Shown here piece after piece: positions 20,033 through 28,810 of a DNA stretch of 64,000 nucleotides; position 1 is the stretch's first letter; each line of letters starts with the position of its first letter. Source of the DNA: Chitinophagales bacterium (GTDB lineage: Bacteria > Bacteroidota > Bacteroidia > Chitinophagales > JADIYW01); assembly GCA_035438465.1 (NCBI GenBank), contig DAORIK010000001.1, positions 1,719 to 65,718 on the forward strand. Reading direction: 5' to 3'. A program made the position numbers and the translations under genes. The notes beneath the pieces were generated by a model, which saw only the letters and a list, made by a program, of their open reading frames with translations, was not told where the DNA came from and searched no databases.

Positions 20033-21076
20033 ATGGCTTTGCAAAAAAGAATATTTTTATATGCCCTTACCTGTCTAATTGCATTTTCCTGCACTTGTAA
20101 TCATACGACGAAACAACCACCTAAAGAAAGAGAGGTAAAAAAATCTGAAATCAATGTGAACATAATACGATTTGAGAAAGAATTGTTTGCTTGCAATCCG
20201 AACAACTTGGATGTTGAACTTCCAATTTTAGAAAAAAAGTATCCTGTTTTTTATGCAGTGTTTTATAATCAGGTGTTAAATATACCATCTGTTGGCGATA
20301 AAGTTGCCCAATTAAACATGATGCAGGACTTTATTACTAAAAAAGCAATGAGAGGGTTGTATGATACGGTACAATTTAAATTAGGCAACCTTGATTTTTT
20401 GAAAGATGATTTACAAGTTGCATTTGCCAATTACAAAAGCTATTTCCCGGAAAAGCCAATACCTAAAGTAGTCACCTGTATTTCTGAATTTTCTTATTCT
20501 GTCTTTACCGCAACGGATTCTATCTTAGGAATTTCCTTGGATAAATATTTAGGCGCAAATTATATTTATTATCCGGCTGTTTTTCAGGAATATACATTTA
20601 TAATTCCGACGTTTGATAAAAAATATATGGCAATAGATTGCGCAAATGTATTGGCGGCTAATCTTGTACCTGTGCCTGATGATAAATCTACTTTGCTGGA
20701 TAAAATGATTGCCGAAGGAAAAATTTTATATGTCATCGAAAGTTTGCTGCCGGAAAAAAAAGAAAATGATATTATCAAATACGATGAAAAGCAGTGGAAG
20801 TTTTGTGTAGAAAGTGAATCACAAATATGGTCTTATTTTTTGAACCAGAATCTGTTGTACGATACAAAGTTTGAACAATTCAAATATGTAAAAGAAGGTC
20901 CAACCACTTATGGCATGCCTAAAGAAAGTCCCGGAAAAGTAGGCGCATGGCTGGGATGGCAGATTGTCAGGAAATATATGCAAGAGTATCCGAATACTAC
21001 TTTGAAACAACTGATAGATATTAAAGACGGACAAAAAATATTGAGCGCATCAAGATATAAGCCTAAAACTAATTAG
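20033..21076 (+). CDS. gldB: gliding motility lipoprotein GldB
   Basis: Lipobox AFSC. The C-terminal region ESPGKVGAWLGWQIVRKYM...RYKPK matches my recollection of GldB. 347 aa. Confidence 0.75.
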   Translation: MALQKRIFLYALTCLIAFSCTCNHTTKQPPKEREVKKSEINVNIIRFEKELFACNPNNLDVELPILEKKYPVFYAVFYNQVLNIPSVGDKVAQLNMMQDFITKKAMRGLYDTVQFKLGNLDFLKDDLQVAFANYKSYFPEKPIPKVVTCISEFSYSVFTATDSILGISLDKYLGANYIYYPAVFQEYTFIIPTFDKKYMAIDCANVLAANLVPVPDDKSTLLDKMIAEGKILYVIESLLPEKKENDIIKYDEKQWKFCVESESQIWSYFLNQNLLYDTKFEQFKYVKEGPTTYGMPKESPGKVGAWLGWQIVRKYMQEYPNTTLKQLIDIKDGQKILSASRYKPKTN

Positions 21077-21139
21077 CCTGTACATAGTTTGCTTACCTGA
21101 TTTTTATCATATGCTTTGCTATTTTTCTTTCATAATTTT

Positions 21140-21556
21140 ATGAAAAAAAATATGGACATACGTATTCACTCCGAAATGAAACTATCAGAGATTCAGCATG
21201 AATTTCAAAGTAGATTCCCATTTTTAAAGCTAGAATTTTATCAGCATATTCATCAAGCGGGAGAAGTATCTGAAAAATCAGATATAATTAATTTGCAAAA
21301 GTCGTTAAATGATTTAGTTGCAGGTATTGATGCATTTGAGTGGCATGTAAGTGAACAGATGACTGTTGCCGAATTAGAAACAGGTTTTCAGCAAAAATTA
21401 AATATTGGAGTTAATGTATTTCGTAAGTCAGGCATAAATTGGTTGCAAACGACTGCTACAGATGGATGGACTTTGGCAGTACAAAATTCAAAAGGAAAGG
21501 AAATGTCAACAGAATTACCAAAAGAAGAACCTGAAGATTATCACGAACAAGAATAG
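21140..21556 (+). CDS. hypothetical protein (in the position where gldC follows gldB in some genomes; identity not supported)
   Basis: The ORF-track start is TTG at 21116. The first ATG at 21140 (MKKNMDIRIH...) is more likely. No family recognised. Confidence 0.4.
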   Translation: MKKNMDIRIHSEMKLSEIQHEFQSRFPFLKLEFYQHIHQAGEVSEKSDIINLQKSLNDLVAGIDAFEWHVSEQMTVAELETGFQQKLNIGVNVFRKSGINWLQTTATDGWTLAVQNSKGKEMSTELPKEEPEDYHEQE

Positions 21557-22318
21557 TTATACATTAATTTGAAGACCGTCAAATGCCAGAAATATATTTT
21601 CCGGCAGTTCTTTTTCCACGTCTTCATGCAATCCTAAATGATGGGAGATATGAGTAAAGAAGGCCTTTTCGGGCTGAATCCGATGAACTATCTCTATGGC
21701 TTCCGATAAACTGAAATGAGAATAATGAGGTTCTTTCCGCAATGCATTTAATACTAAAATTTTACTTCCTTTTATTTTTTCTAATTCGCTTTCCGCAATA
21801 AAATTTGCATCTGTGATGTAAGTGAAATCATTGATGCGAAAACCCAAAACAGGTAAATCTTTATGAATAGCGCGTATTGGAACAAAATGAATATCACCAA
21901 TATCAAAAGGTGTTTCGTTTATTGTTAGCAATCGTATTTGTGGTGCACCCGGATAATCGTGCCCGACAAATGCATACGAAAATTCTTTTTTTAAAATTTC
22001 CTGTACACGTTCTTCTGAGTATACATCAATAGTTTTTCCCAAGAGGTAGTTAAAAGGGCGAATATCATCCAGCCCTGCCACATGGTCTTTGTGTCCATGT
22101 GTAAAAACAACGGCATCTAAATTCTTCACTTTTTCTCTCAGCATTTGAAATCGGAAATCCGGTCCTGTATCAATTACAACTGCAGTAGTTTCTGATTGAA
22201 TCAATAAAGAAGTTCTGGTACGGTTGTCTTTCTTATCTGAAGATGTACAAACTTTGCACGTGCAGGTAATTACCGGCACTCCTTGTGAGGTACCTGTTCC
22301 GAGAAATGTGAATCGCAT
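21557..22318 (-). CDS. MBL-fold metallo-hydrolase
   Basis: HxHxDH motif FTHGHKDHVAG. The track start at 22333 is TTG. The ATG at 22318 gives MRFTFLGTGTSQGVP, typical of this family. Confidence 0.8.
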   Translation of the reverse strand: MRFTFLGTGTSQGVPVITCTCKVCTSSDKKDNRTRTSLLIQSETTAVVIDTGPDFRFQMLREKVKNLDAVVFTHGHKDHVAGLDDIRPFNYLLGKTIDVYSEERVQEILKKEFSYAFVGHDYPGAPQIRLLTINETPFDIGDIHFVPIRAIHKDLPVLGFRINDFTYITDANFIAESELEKIKGSKILVLNALRKEPHYSHFSLSEAIEIVHRIQPEKAFFTHISHHLGLHEDVEKELPENIFLAFDGLQINV

Positions 22319-22360
22319 TTTGCTATTTGACAATGGTCAATTGATTTGGTACCAATAACT

Positions 22361-22381
22361 ATCGACTATGGACTGTCGACT
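22361..22381. repeat. three tandem heptamers with a conserved GACT core
   Basis: atcgact atggact gtcgact, read directly. Lies between the stop of the 91-aa gene and the MBL hydrolase start. Confidence 0.8.
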
Positions 22382-22385
22382 ATAA

Positions 22386-22661
22386 TTATATTTCCAGTTT
22401 TTGTTGTGATAATTGTTCGTATAACTTCATTTGTTTTTCGTCTAATAAAGTTACATCTACATCAATTTGTGATAAAATATCAATCAACGCGTTTATCCGT
22501 GCTTCTGTTTCAAAGAATTTGTTCACAACAGCCACTCTCTTATCCTGCAAAATACAATAGCCGGATTGGAATCTTCCTTTTTCATAACGAATTACATAAT
22601 TATTTTCTCTGAAAATAGATTCCAGATTAGTTAAAGTTGTTGCATTGTATTTAAAACTCAT
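22386..22661 (-). CDS. hypothetical small protein (91 aa)
   Basis: The internal ATG at 22661 (MSFKYNATTLTNLESIF...) is preceded by a -7 box. The longer track ORF (to 22748) would read through the repeat and promoter region. Confidence 0.5.
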   Translation of the reverse strand: MSFKYNATTLTNLESIFRENNYVIRYEKGRFQSGYCILQDKRVAVVNKFFETEARINALIDILSQIDVDVTLLDEKQMKLYEQLSQQKLEI

Positions 22662-22665
22662 ATAA

Positions 22666-22673
22666 CAAAAGTA
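22666..22673 (-). promoter_or_regulatory. candidate -7 box TACTTTTG, 4 nt from the ATG of the 91-aa gene
   Basis: The minus strand reads TACTTTTG-TTAT-ATG, the same geometry as nadE. Confidence 0.45.
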
Positions 22674-22703
22674 GCAAGTCGTAAGTAATAAGTCACAAGT
22701 TTT
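22669..22703. repeat. five tandem heptamers with a conserved AAGT core (AAGTNNN x5)
   Basis: aagtagc aagtcgt aagtaat aagtcac aagtttt. AAGT recurs at exact 7-nt spacing (22669, 22676, 22683, 22690, 22697). Confidence 0.85.
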
Positions 22704-22795
22704 TATTAACAGAAAGAAATATTTCAACAATAAACCTACTAAATCCATAGAGAAATAAAAAAATAAAGTAAAAAATACTTACATTCATAAACTCA

Positions 22796-22803
22796 TAAAT
22801 TTG
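22796..22803 (+). promoter_or_regulatory. candidate -7 promoter box (TAAATTTG) for the Rrf2 regulator gene
   Basis: Perfect TAnnTTTG match 12 nt upstream of the ATG at 22816. Confidence 0.45.
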
Positions 22804-22815
22804 CAAACTGATAAA

Positions 22816-23259
22816 ATGTTATCTAAGAAAACAAAGTATGCCATCAACGCATTAGTGTATCTTGCCAGAAAACCGGCGAAAGAGCCTGTTTTAATTGGCG
22901 AAATCGCAGAACAGGAACATATTCCTAAAAAGTTTTTGGAAACGATACTGCTGGATATGAAAAATGCCGGTATTTTAAATTCTAAAAAAGGAAAAGGCGG
23001 CGGTTATTATTTAATCAAACATCCGGCAGACGTAAATTTAGCTGAAATCATTCGTTATTTTGATGGGGCGATTGGTTTACTGCCCTGCGTCACTCATAAA
23101 TACTATGAAAAATGTGATGAATGTAAAGATGAAACAACATGTGGTATTCGTCATGCTTTTTTAGCCATCAGAAACGAAACCGTAGAAATGCTGAAAAAAG
23201 ATACATTGGAAAAATTAATAAAAAATGAAGAAAAATTGAAGAAAAATGCTGACAAATGA
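22816..23259 (+). CDS. Rrf2 family transcriptional regulator
   Basis: N-terminal wHTH KTKYAINALVYLARKP...IAEQEHIPKKFLETIL. Cys-containing C-terminal part (LPCVTH...CDECKDETTCGIR). The track start at 22801 is TTG; the ATG is at 22816. Confidence 0.85.
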   Translation: MLSKKTKYAINALVYLARKPAKEPVLIGEIAEQEHIPKKFLETILLDMKNAGILNSKKGKGGGYYLIKHPADVNLAEIIRYFDGAIGLLPCVTHKYYEKCDECKDETTCGIRHAFLAIRNETVEMLKKDTLEKLIKNEEKLKKNADK

Positions 23260-23905
23260 TACGCTTAAGTTTTTGAAAGAATTAAGCAAAAACAATAACA
23301 AAGAGTGGTTTGAAAAAAACAGAAAACGCTACGAAAACTCACAAACCGAAATCAAAGCTTTTATTGCTGAATGGATAAAGAATTATGGCAAAAAAGATGA
23401 AAGCATTGCACATTTAGATCCTAAAAAATGCATATTCAGAATTAACAGGGATGTGCGCTTTTCTTCTGACAAATCACCTTACAAAAATAATTTAGGAGCT
23501 TATTTGACTAAAGGTGGTAAGAATACAAATCTTGCCGGTTTTTATTTGCATATACAACCCGGTGAATGTTTTTTTGGTGCAGGAAATTATATGCCTATGC
23601 CGGAGCAGCTCGCAAAAATCAGACAGGAAATTGATTATAATTTCTCTGACTTTAAAAAGATAATATCTTCCAAAAAGTTCAAAGACCTCTTCGGCGATTT
23701 GCATACAGAAAATAAACTGAAGCGTGCACCCAAAGGTTATGAAGAAGACAACGAAGCGATAGAATATCTCAAATTAAAAGGCTTTACTGTTTTTCACAAA
23801 TTAAAAGATGAAGAAATTACTTCTAAGGATTTAGTAAAAACAATTACAGAACTCTCTGTTTCCGTAAAACCGTTTATTGATTTTTTGAATGCGGCAGTTG
23901 AATAA
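23246..23905 (+). CDS. DUF2461 (TIGR02453-like) family protein
   Basis: 219 aa. N-terminus LKFLKELSKNNNKEWFEKNRKRYE is characteristic. Overlaps the Rrf2 gene by 14 nt. Confidence 0.7.
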   Translation: MLTNDTLKFLKELSKNNNKEWFEKNRKRYENSQTEIKAFIAEWIKNYGKKDESIAHLDPKKCIFRINRDVRFSSDKSPYKNNLGAYLTKGGKNTNLAGFYLHIQPGECFFGAGNYMPMPEQLAKIRQEIDYNFSDFKKIISSKKFKDLFGDLHTENKLKRAPKGYEEDNEAIEYLKLKGFTVFHKLKDEEITSKDLVKTITELSVSVKPFIDFLNAAVE

Positions 23906-24009
23906 CATCAGTAAATATTGATTGCTTTGCTTTACCAAAATCTTAAATAAACATTGTCATCGCATTTATTCTAAAATTATCTTTCAGATAATTGCTATTT
24001 TTGATAATC

Positions 24010-25242
24010 ATGGCAAAAGAAGTTTCATTCCCGAAAGACAAAATCAAAATACTTTTATTAGAAGGACTACATCAGTCTGCTTTCAATGAATTGAATAAAA
24101 AAGGATATACAAGTATAGATAGTTATAAAGAAGCAATGACAGAAAAGGAGCTGCTGGATTGTATTGAAAATTATCATATTATCGGCATACGATCAAAAAC
24201 CAACCTGACGGCTGCCGTTTTAGAGAAAGCTAAGAAGTTAATGACAATAGGTTGTTTTTGTATTGGTACCAATCAGGTAGATGTGAAAAAGGCAACGGAA
24301 CTGGGCATTCCGGTATTCAATTCACCATACTCCAATACACGCTCCGTAGCAGAATTAATTATTGGAAATTCTATCATGCTACTGCGTCGGATTCCGGAAA
24401 AAAATAAATTAATGCATGAAGGTAACTGGCAGAAAACAGCTGCCGGAAGTTATGAATTGCGCGGAAAGACAATCGGAATTATTGGCTACGGACACATAGG
24501 CACTCAGGTTTCTGTTATGGGAGAAAGTATGGGTTTAAAAGTAATTTACTATGATGTAGAACCTAAGCTTCCGCTTGGAAACGCCAATGCAGTTGATACG
24601 ATAGAAGAGTTGCTGCAACGTTCAGATATAATTACGTTGCATGTGCCTGCTACTCCGCAGACAAAGAACATGATTGGAGCAAATGAATTCGCATTAATGA
24701 AAGATGGCGTCATTTTTCAGAATTTATCACGCGGAACGGTAGTAGATATTGATGCACTGACTAATGCTGTCAAAAGTGGTAAAGTCAGTGGTGCAGCTAT
24801 TGACGTGTTCCCTGTTGAACCAAAACAGAATGGACAGGGTTTCGAGTCTCCGTTAGTGGGTTTAGATAGCGTAATCCTTACACCACATGTGGGAGGCAGC
24901 ACCCAGGAAGCACAGGAAAATATCGGAACAGAAGTAGCTGTTAAACTCACGGGATACTTAGATAACGGCAGTACTTTAGGTTCTTTGTCGGTGCCGGAAA
25001 TCAGTTTGTCCGTTCAGCAAAATACAAGACGTGTATTGCATATTCATCATAATGTGCCGGGTGTTTTAAGTGAGATAAATTCTATCCTTTCTAAACATGA
25101 TGTAAATATCTTAGGGCAATACCTCAAAACCAATGAAACTATCGGTTATGTTGTATTGGATGTTGATGCTAACGCAGACCTCGAAATGATGGAAGACCTT
25201 AAGAAGGTAAAAAATACTATCAAGACAAGAATCTTGTACTAA
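24010..25242 (+). CDS. serA: D-3-phosphoglycerate dehydrogenase
   Basis: 2-hydroxyacid dehydrogenase NAD motif GIIGYGHIGTQV and catalytic TPHVGGST, plus a C-terminal ACT-like domain. The track start at 23992 is TTG; the ATG is at 24010. Confidence 0.85.
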   Translation: MAKEVSFPKDKIKILLLEGLHQSAFNELNKKGYTSIDSYKEAMTEKELLDCIENYHIIGIRSKTNLTAAVLEKAKKLMTIGCFCIGTNQVDVKKATELGIPVFNSPYSNTRSVAELIIGNSIMLLRRIPEKNKLMHEGNWQKTAAGSYELRGKTIGIIGYGHIGTQVSVMGESMGLKVIYYDVEPKLPLGNANAVDTIEELLQRSDIITLHVPATPQTKNMIGANEFALMKDGVIFQNLSRGTVVDIDALTNAVKSGKVSGAAIDVFPVEPKQNGQGFESPLVGLDSVILTPHVGGSTQEAQENIGTEVAVKLTGYLDNGSTLGSLSVPEISLSVQQNTRRVLHIHHNVPGVLSEINSILSKHDVNILGQYLKTNETIGYVVLDVDANADLEMMEDLKKVKNTIKTRILY

Positions 25243-25255
25243 TTGCTTTTGTTTG

Positions 25256-26077
25256 CTATTTGTGATATACCATCAATGGAACTTTAGAATACAAAGCCAT
25301 GATGCTGGAGTTGCTTTTCGAAAAAATACGCTCCAGTAATGTTTTCTTATGTGTTGACATTACAACCAAATCTATCATCTCTTTTTCCAGATATTTATCA
25401 ATTCCTTCTTTAACGTCGGCGGCATCTACTGTGTCAAGCTTTATTTTTTCCATACCAAATGCTCTGTCCAGCTGAATTAATAGATGTTCATTCACCGGTT
25501 GAAAAAAGAAACCAGTATTTACATTCAGTAATTTTACATTGTGTACACCTATTTGCTCAGAGAAGGAAAACAATTTTGATAGAATTACAGTATCATCTTC
25601 TTTTAATTCATCCAAATATACCACGTTGTAAATTCCGTCAAATGTGCAATCTTTTGGTACTAAAATAATGGGTCTTTTTGTTTGCTGCATTACGTGTTCA
25701 GCGTTGCTTCCGATAATTTTATTAATCAGTCCGTCTGCACCGGTTGTTCCCATTACAATTAAATCGGCGTCTATTTTATCCGCTAAATCTACAATTTCAC
25801 CCGATGCCATTCCCATTTCTACCGTATGTTCCACCGTGTATCCTTCAGTTATTAATTCCTGAGCCGTTTTTTCAATACCTTCAACCGCGGCTTTTCGGAT
25901 TGCTTCAATAATTTCTCCCGGAACGCTTATGTCGGGATAAGCATAACTACCCAAAGGAATAGAATAGAAGTTAGCTAAATGAATTGTTGCTTTTGTTTTC
26001 TGTGCAATAGATTTAGCGAGCAAAAGTGCTCTTTCTGCTACTTCTGAAAAATCGGTTGGGACTAGTATTGTTCTCAT
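25256..26077 (-). CDS. universal stress protein (tandem Usp domains)
   Basis: 273 aa. Two Usp-like halves (ILVPTDFSE...LIVMGTTG and ...LVVMSTHKK). Confidence 0.75.
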   Translation of the reverse strand: MRTILVPTDFSEVAERALLLAKSIAQKTKATIHLANFYSIPLGSYAYPDISVPGEIIEAIRKAAVEGIEKTAQELITEGYTVEHTVEMGMASGEIVDLADKIDADLIVMGTTGADGLINKIIGSNAEHVMQQTKRPIILVPKDCTFDGIYNVVYLDELKEDDTVILSKLFSFSEQIGVHNVKLLNVNTGFFFQPVNEHLLIQLDRAFGMEKIKLDTVDAADVKEGIDKYLEKEMIDLVVMSTHKKTLLERIFSKSNSSIMALYSKVPLMVYHK

Positions 26078-26215
26078 TTTTTTATTAAAATTAGATAATA
26101 TCCTGCTTAGTAAACATGATTTTAATCAGTTGAACACTTGATTTAGTATGTTTTAAAAACATATCAAAAAACAATTCCTTAATCTTATGTAAATAAAACT
26201 GCTCCGTCAGATTAG

Positions 26216-26223
26216 TATCTTTG
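26216..26223 (+). promoter_or_regulatory. candidate -7 promoter box (TATCTTTG) for adk
   Basis: Perfect TAnnTTTG match 18 nt upstream of the adk ATG. Confidence 0.45.
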
Positions 26224-26241
26224 TATTCAATTTAAGTTAAA

Positions 26242-26820
26242 ATGATAAACCTAATTTTGTTTGGTCCTCCCGGAAGTGGCAAAGGCACACAAGCAGTAAA
26301 ACTTGCACAAGAATTTAATTTATACCATATTTCTACCGGCGATTTATTCCGTTCAGAGCTAAAGAATGAAACGCCCCTTGGTGTGGAAGCAAAAAAGTAC
26401 ATGGATAAAGGTGAGCTGGTTCCGGATGAAGTAACTATTGGTATGTTGTCTAATAAATTAGATGAATATGCAGGAAAAGTAGAAGGATTCATTTTCGATG
26501 GATTTCCGCGCACTCAGCCACAAGCAGAAGCACTGGATAAGTTACTGGATTTAAAAAATACAGAAATCTCATTAGTATTAGCATTGGTTGTAGCAGAAGA
26601 TGAAATTGTACACCGTATTAAAGAACGTGGTAAATCATCGGGCAGGGCAGACGATTTAGATGATAACATAATACGCAATCGTTTTAAAGTATATCTGAAA
26701 GAAACGGCTCAGGTGGCAAATCATTATGAAAAACTAAATAAGGTTGTTTCATTAAATGGTATCGGCACTATCGATGAAATCTTTGATAATTTAAAAGCTG
26801 AAGTTAATAAGATTAAATAA
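26242..26820 (+). CDS. adk: adenylate kinase
   Basis: P-loop GPPGSGKGTQ. 192 aa, short-lid type. Confidence 0.95.
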   Translation: MINLILFGPPGSGKGTQAVKLAQEFNLYHISTGDLFRSELKNETPLGVEAKKYMDKGELVPDEVTIGMLSNKLDEYAGKVEGFIFDGFPRTQPQAEALDKLLDLKNTEISLVLALVVAEDEIVHRIKERGKSSGRADDLDDNIIRNRFKVYLKETAQVANHYEKLNKVVSLNGIGTIDEIFDNLKAEVNKIK

Positions 26821-26836
26821 CTGATTAAGCATAGTG

Positions 26837-26875
26837 AAAAGCATTAGTAACTAAAAAATACTAATGCTTTTTTAT
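26837..26875 (+). terminator. rho-independent terminator after adk
   Basis: GCATTAGTA (26841-26849) pairs with TACTAATGC (26859-26867). It is flanked by an A-run and followed by TTTTTTATTTT. Confidence 0.7.
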
Positions 26876-26913
26876 TTTCTATCTTTACAGAAGTTATATG
26901 ATAAGAATATAAG

Positions 26914-27906
26914 ATGGAAGGAAGTAACTTTATAGATTACGTTAAAATATTTGTCCGCTCCGGCAATGGCGGTGGCGGATCTGTGCATTTTCGCAGAGAA
27001 AAGTACGTTCCTAAAGGTGGTCCGGATGGTGGCGACGGCGGAAAAGGCGGCAGTATAATTTTGCGTGGAAACAAGCAATTATGGACACTCTTACATCTTA
27101 AATATAAAAAACATATTCATGCTGATAATGGTGCGCATGGAGAAGGCGGTTTGCGCTCTGGAAAAGCAGGTGAAGATATTATTATAGAAGTACCACTTGG
27201 AACAGTAGCGAAGAACGGAGATACGTTTGAAAAAGAATTGGAAATTTTAGAAGACGGACAAGAGGTGGTTTGGCTGGAAGGTGGCCGTGGAGGACAAGGG
27301 AATAATCATTTTAAGACAGCCGTGAACCAAACACCGCGATATGCACAGCCGGGAGAACCGGGTAGTGAGGGCTGGAAGATTCTGGAATTAAAAGTACTGG
27401 CAGACGTCGGGTTGGTTGGATTTCCAAACGCCGGAAAATCAACATTGCTGTCTGTGCTGAGTGCCGCAAAGCCGGAGATTGCTGATTATGCATTTACTAC
27501 ATTAGTACCCAATTTAGGCGTGGTGCCTTATCGTGGTGACCGATCATTTATTATGGCGGATATTCCCGGAATTATAGAAGGAGCGCATGAAGGAAAAGGA
27601 TTAGGGGTTCGTTTTTTGAGGCATATAGAGAGAAATTCCTGTTTATTGTTTTTAATTCCTGCTGATGCGGATGACATCAAAAAACAATATAAAATTCTTG
27701 AAAAAGAATTGAAACTATATAACAAAGAATTAGTAAACAAGCCAAGAATCATTGGTATTTCTAAAAGTGATTTATTAGATGATGAATTAATTGAAATGCT
27801 TCGTAAAGAACTGCCCAAAAAAATACCACACATTTTCTTTTCTTCCATGGCTAACAGAAATCTGATGGAATTGAAAGATATGCTCTGGAAAATGATGAAT
27901 GATTAA
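26914..27906 (+). CDS. obg: GTPase Obg/CgtA
   Basis: Gly-rich Obg fold ([28 protein letters not shown]). G1 GFPNAGKST and G3 DIPGIIEGA. Confidence 0.95.
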   Translation: MEGSNFIDYVKIFVRSGNGGGGSVHFRREKYVPKGGPDGGDGGKGGSIILRGNKQLWTLLHLKYKKHIHADNGAHGEGGLRSGKAGEDIIIEVPLGTVAKNGDTFEKELEILEDGQEVVWLEGGRGGQGNNHFKTAVNQTPRYAQPGEPGSEGWKILELKVLADVGLVGFPNAGKSTLLSVLSAAKPEIADYAFTTLVPNLGVVPYRGDRSFIMADIPGIIEGAHEGKGLGVRFLRHIERNSCLLFLIPADADDIKKQYKILEKELKLYNKELVNKPRIIGISKSDLLDDELIEMLRKELPKKIPHIFFSSMANRNLMELKDMLWKMMND

Positions 27907-27907
27907 A

Positions 27908-28723
27908 TTATTCGGTAGCTTTTATATCTTTATTTTCAGATGAATCTTCTATTACCCGTTTTTCAAAAGTTTCTTCTTCTTTAAGTGCTGTTGCATCCAA
28001 TACAATTTCCATATTTCCGGGAATAACTTGCGTATTGTTCGTAATAATTAATTCAATGTCATCAATCTCTTGTTTCTTGTCTTGCTTCTTTTCTCTTTCC
28101 TCTTTCGGAATATAATTTTCTTTATATTTTCGTCTTAATAATTCTTCTTTCCATTCAGAACGCTTTTCTTGTCTTTCTGCTTTTCTTTTTTCTTTTTCTG
28201 CATGATACTTTTCTTTCCACGCGGCTTCTTTTTGTAAACGGATAAGTTTTTCTTCTTCGGTTTCCTCTTTCAGTATTTTTAATTTCGAAGGATGAATTTC
28301 AAAAATATCATCAACAGGTAGTTCAATAGTAAACCACAAAACTTTTACAGTAGCGATTCCTACACTGCGCATCCAGATAGTTTGTGATAATAAATTAGAC
28401 AATGCCTGGAACAGTGATGTGATAATGCTAATCTCGGAAGTAGTGGTGAAAATCAACTCTGAATTTCCTTTTACTTTTGTTGGCGTATCAAACAGCATTT
28501 TACCTACTTTCAGTCCGTCTTTATTCAACAAATCTGTTTTTATAGAAATTAAAGTATAAGACAAGAAAAACGAATTTTTAATACATAAGTCCGTTTCAGA
28601 TAATACAGAAAGCAAGCCAAGTTGTTTGGTACGCACTTCCACAATATCTACAGCTTTATGTGCTGCTGCACGTTTAATAATATATCGTTTTATGACATTA
28701 TTTATCTTTCGTATAATTCCCAT
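27908..28723 (-). CDS. hypothetical protein with a Lys/Glu-rich C-terminal half
   Basis: 271-aa ORF. The N-terminal ~150 aa look beta-rich. The C-terminal part is a charged low-complexity helix (EKLIRLQKEAAWKEKYHAEKEKRKAERQEKRSEWKEELLRRKYKE). Confidence 0.5.
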   Translation of the reverse strand: MGIIRKINNVIKRYIIKRAAAHKAVDIVEVRTKQLGLLSVLSETDLCIKNSFFLSYTLISIKTDLLNKDGLKVGKMLFDTPTKVKGNSELIFTTTSEISIITSLFQALSNLLSQTIWMRSVGIATVKVLWFTIELPVDDIFEIHPSKLKILKEETEEEKLIRLQKEAAWKEKYHAEKEKRKAERQEKRSEWKEELLRRKYKENYIPKEEREKKQDKKQEIDDIELIITNNTQVIPGNMEIVLDATALKEEETFEKRVIEDSSENKDIKATE

Positions 28724-28810
28724 TGCGCTTTACTTAAAGTCTTGTTAAATTAGATATTTCTCTGCAATAGTCAGATTAACATTAGTATATTTAAAGATAA
28801 AAGATACATT

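Noticed and set aside
21140-21556. Calling the gene downstream of gldB as gldC
   Set aside because: Only the position suggests it. I cannot recall a GldC sequence reliably enough to support homology, so it is left as hypothetical.
26232-26513. 93-aa ORF antisense to adk, and 54410-54808 overlapping the DoxX-like gene
   Set aside because: Each overlaps a better-supported CDS in another frame or strand, and neither has recognisable motifs.
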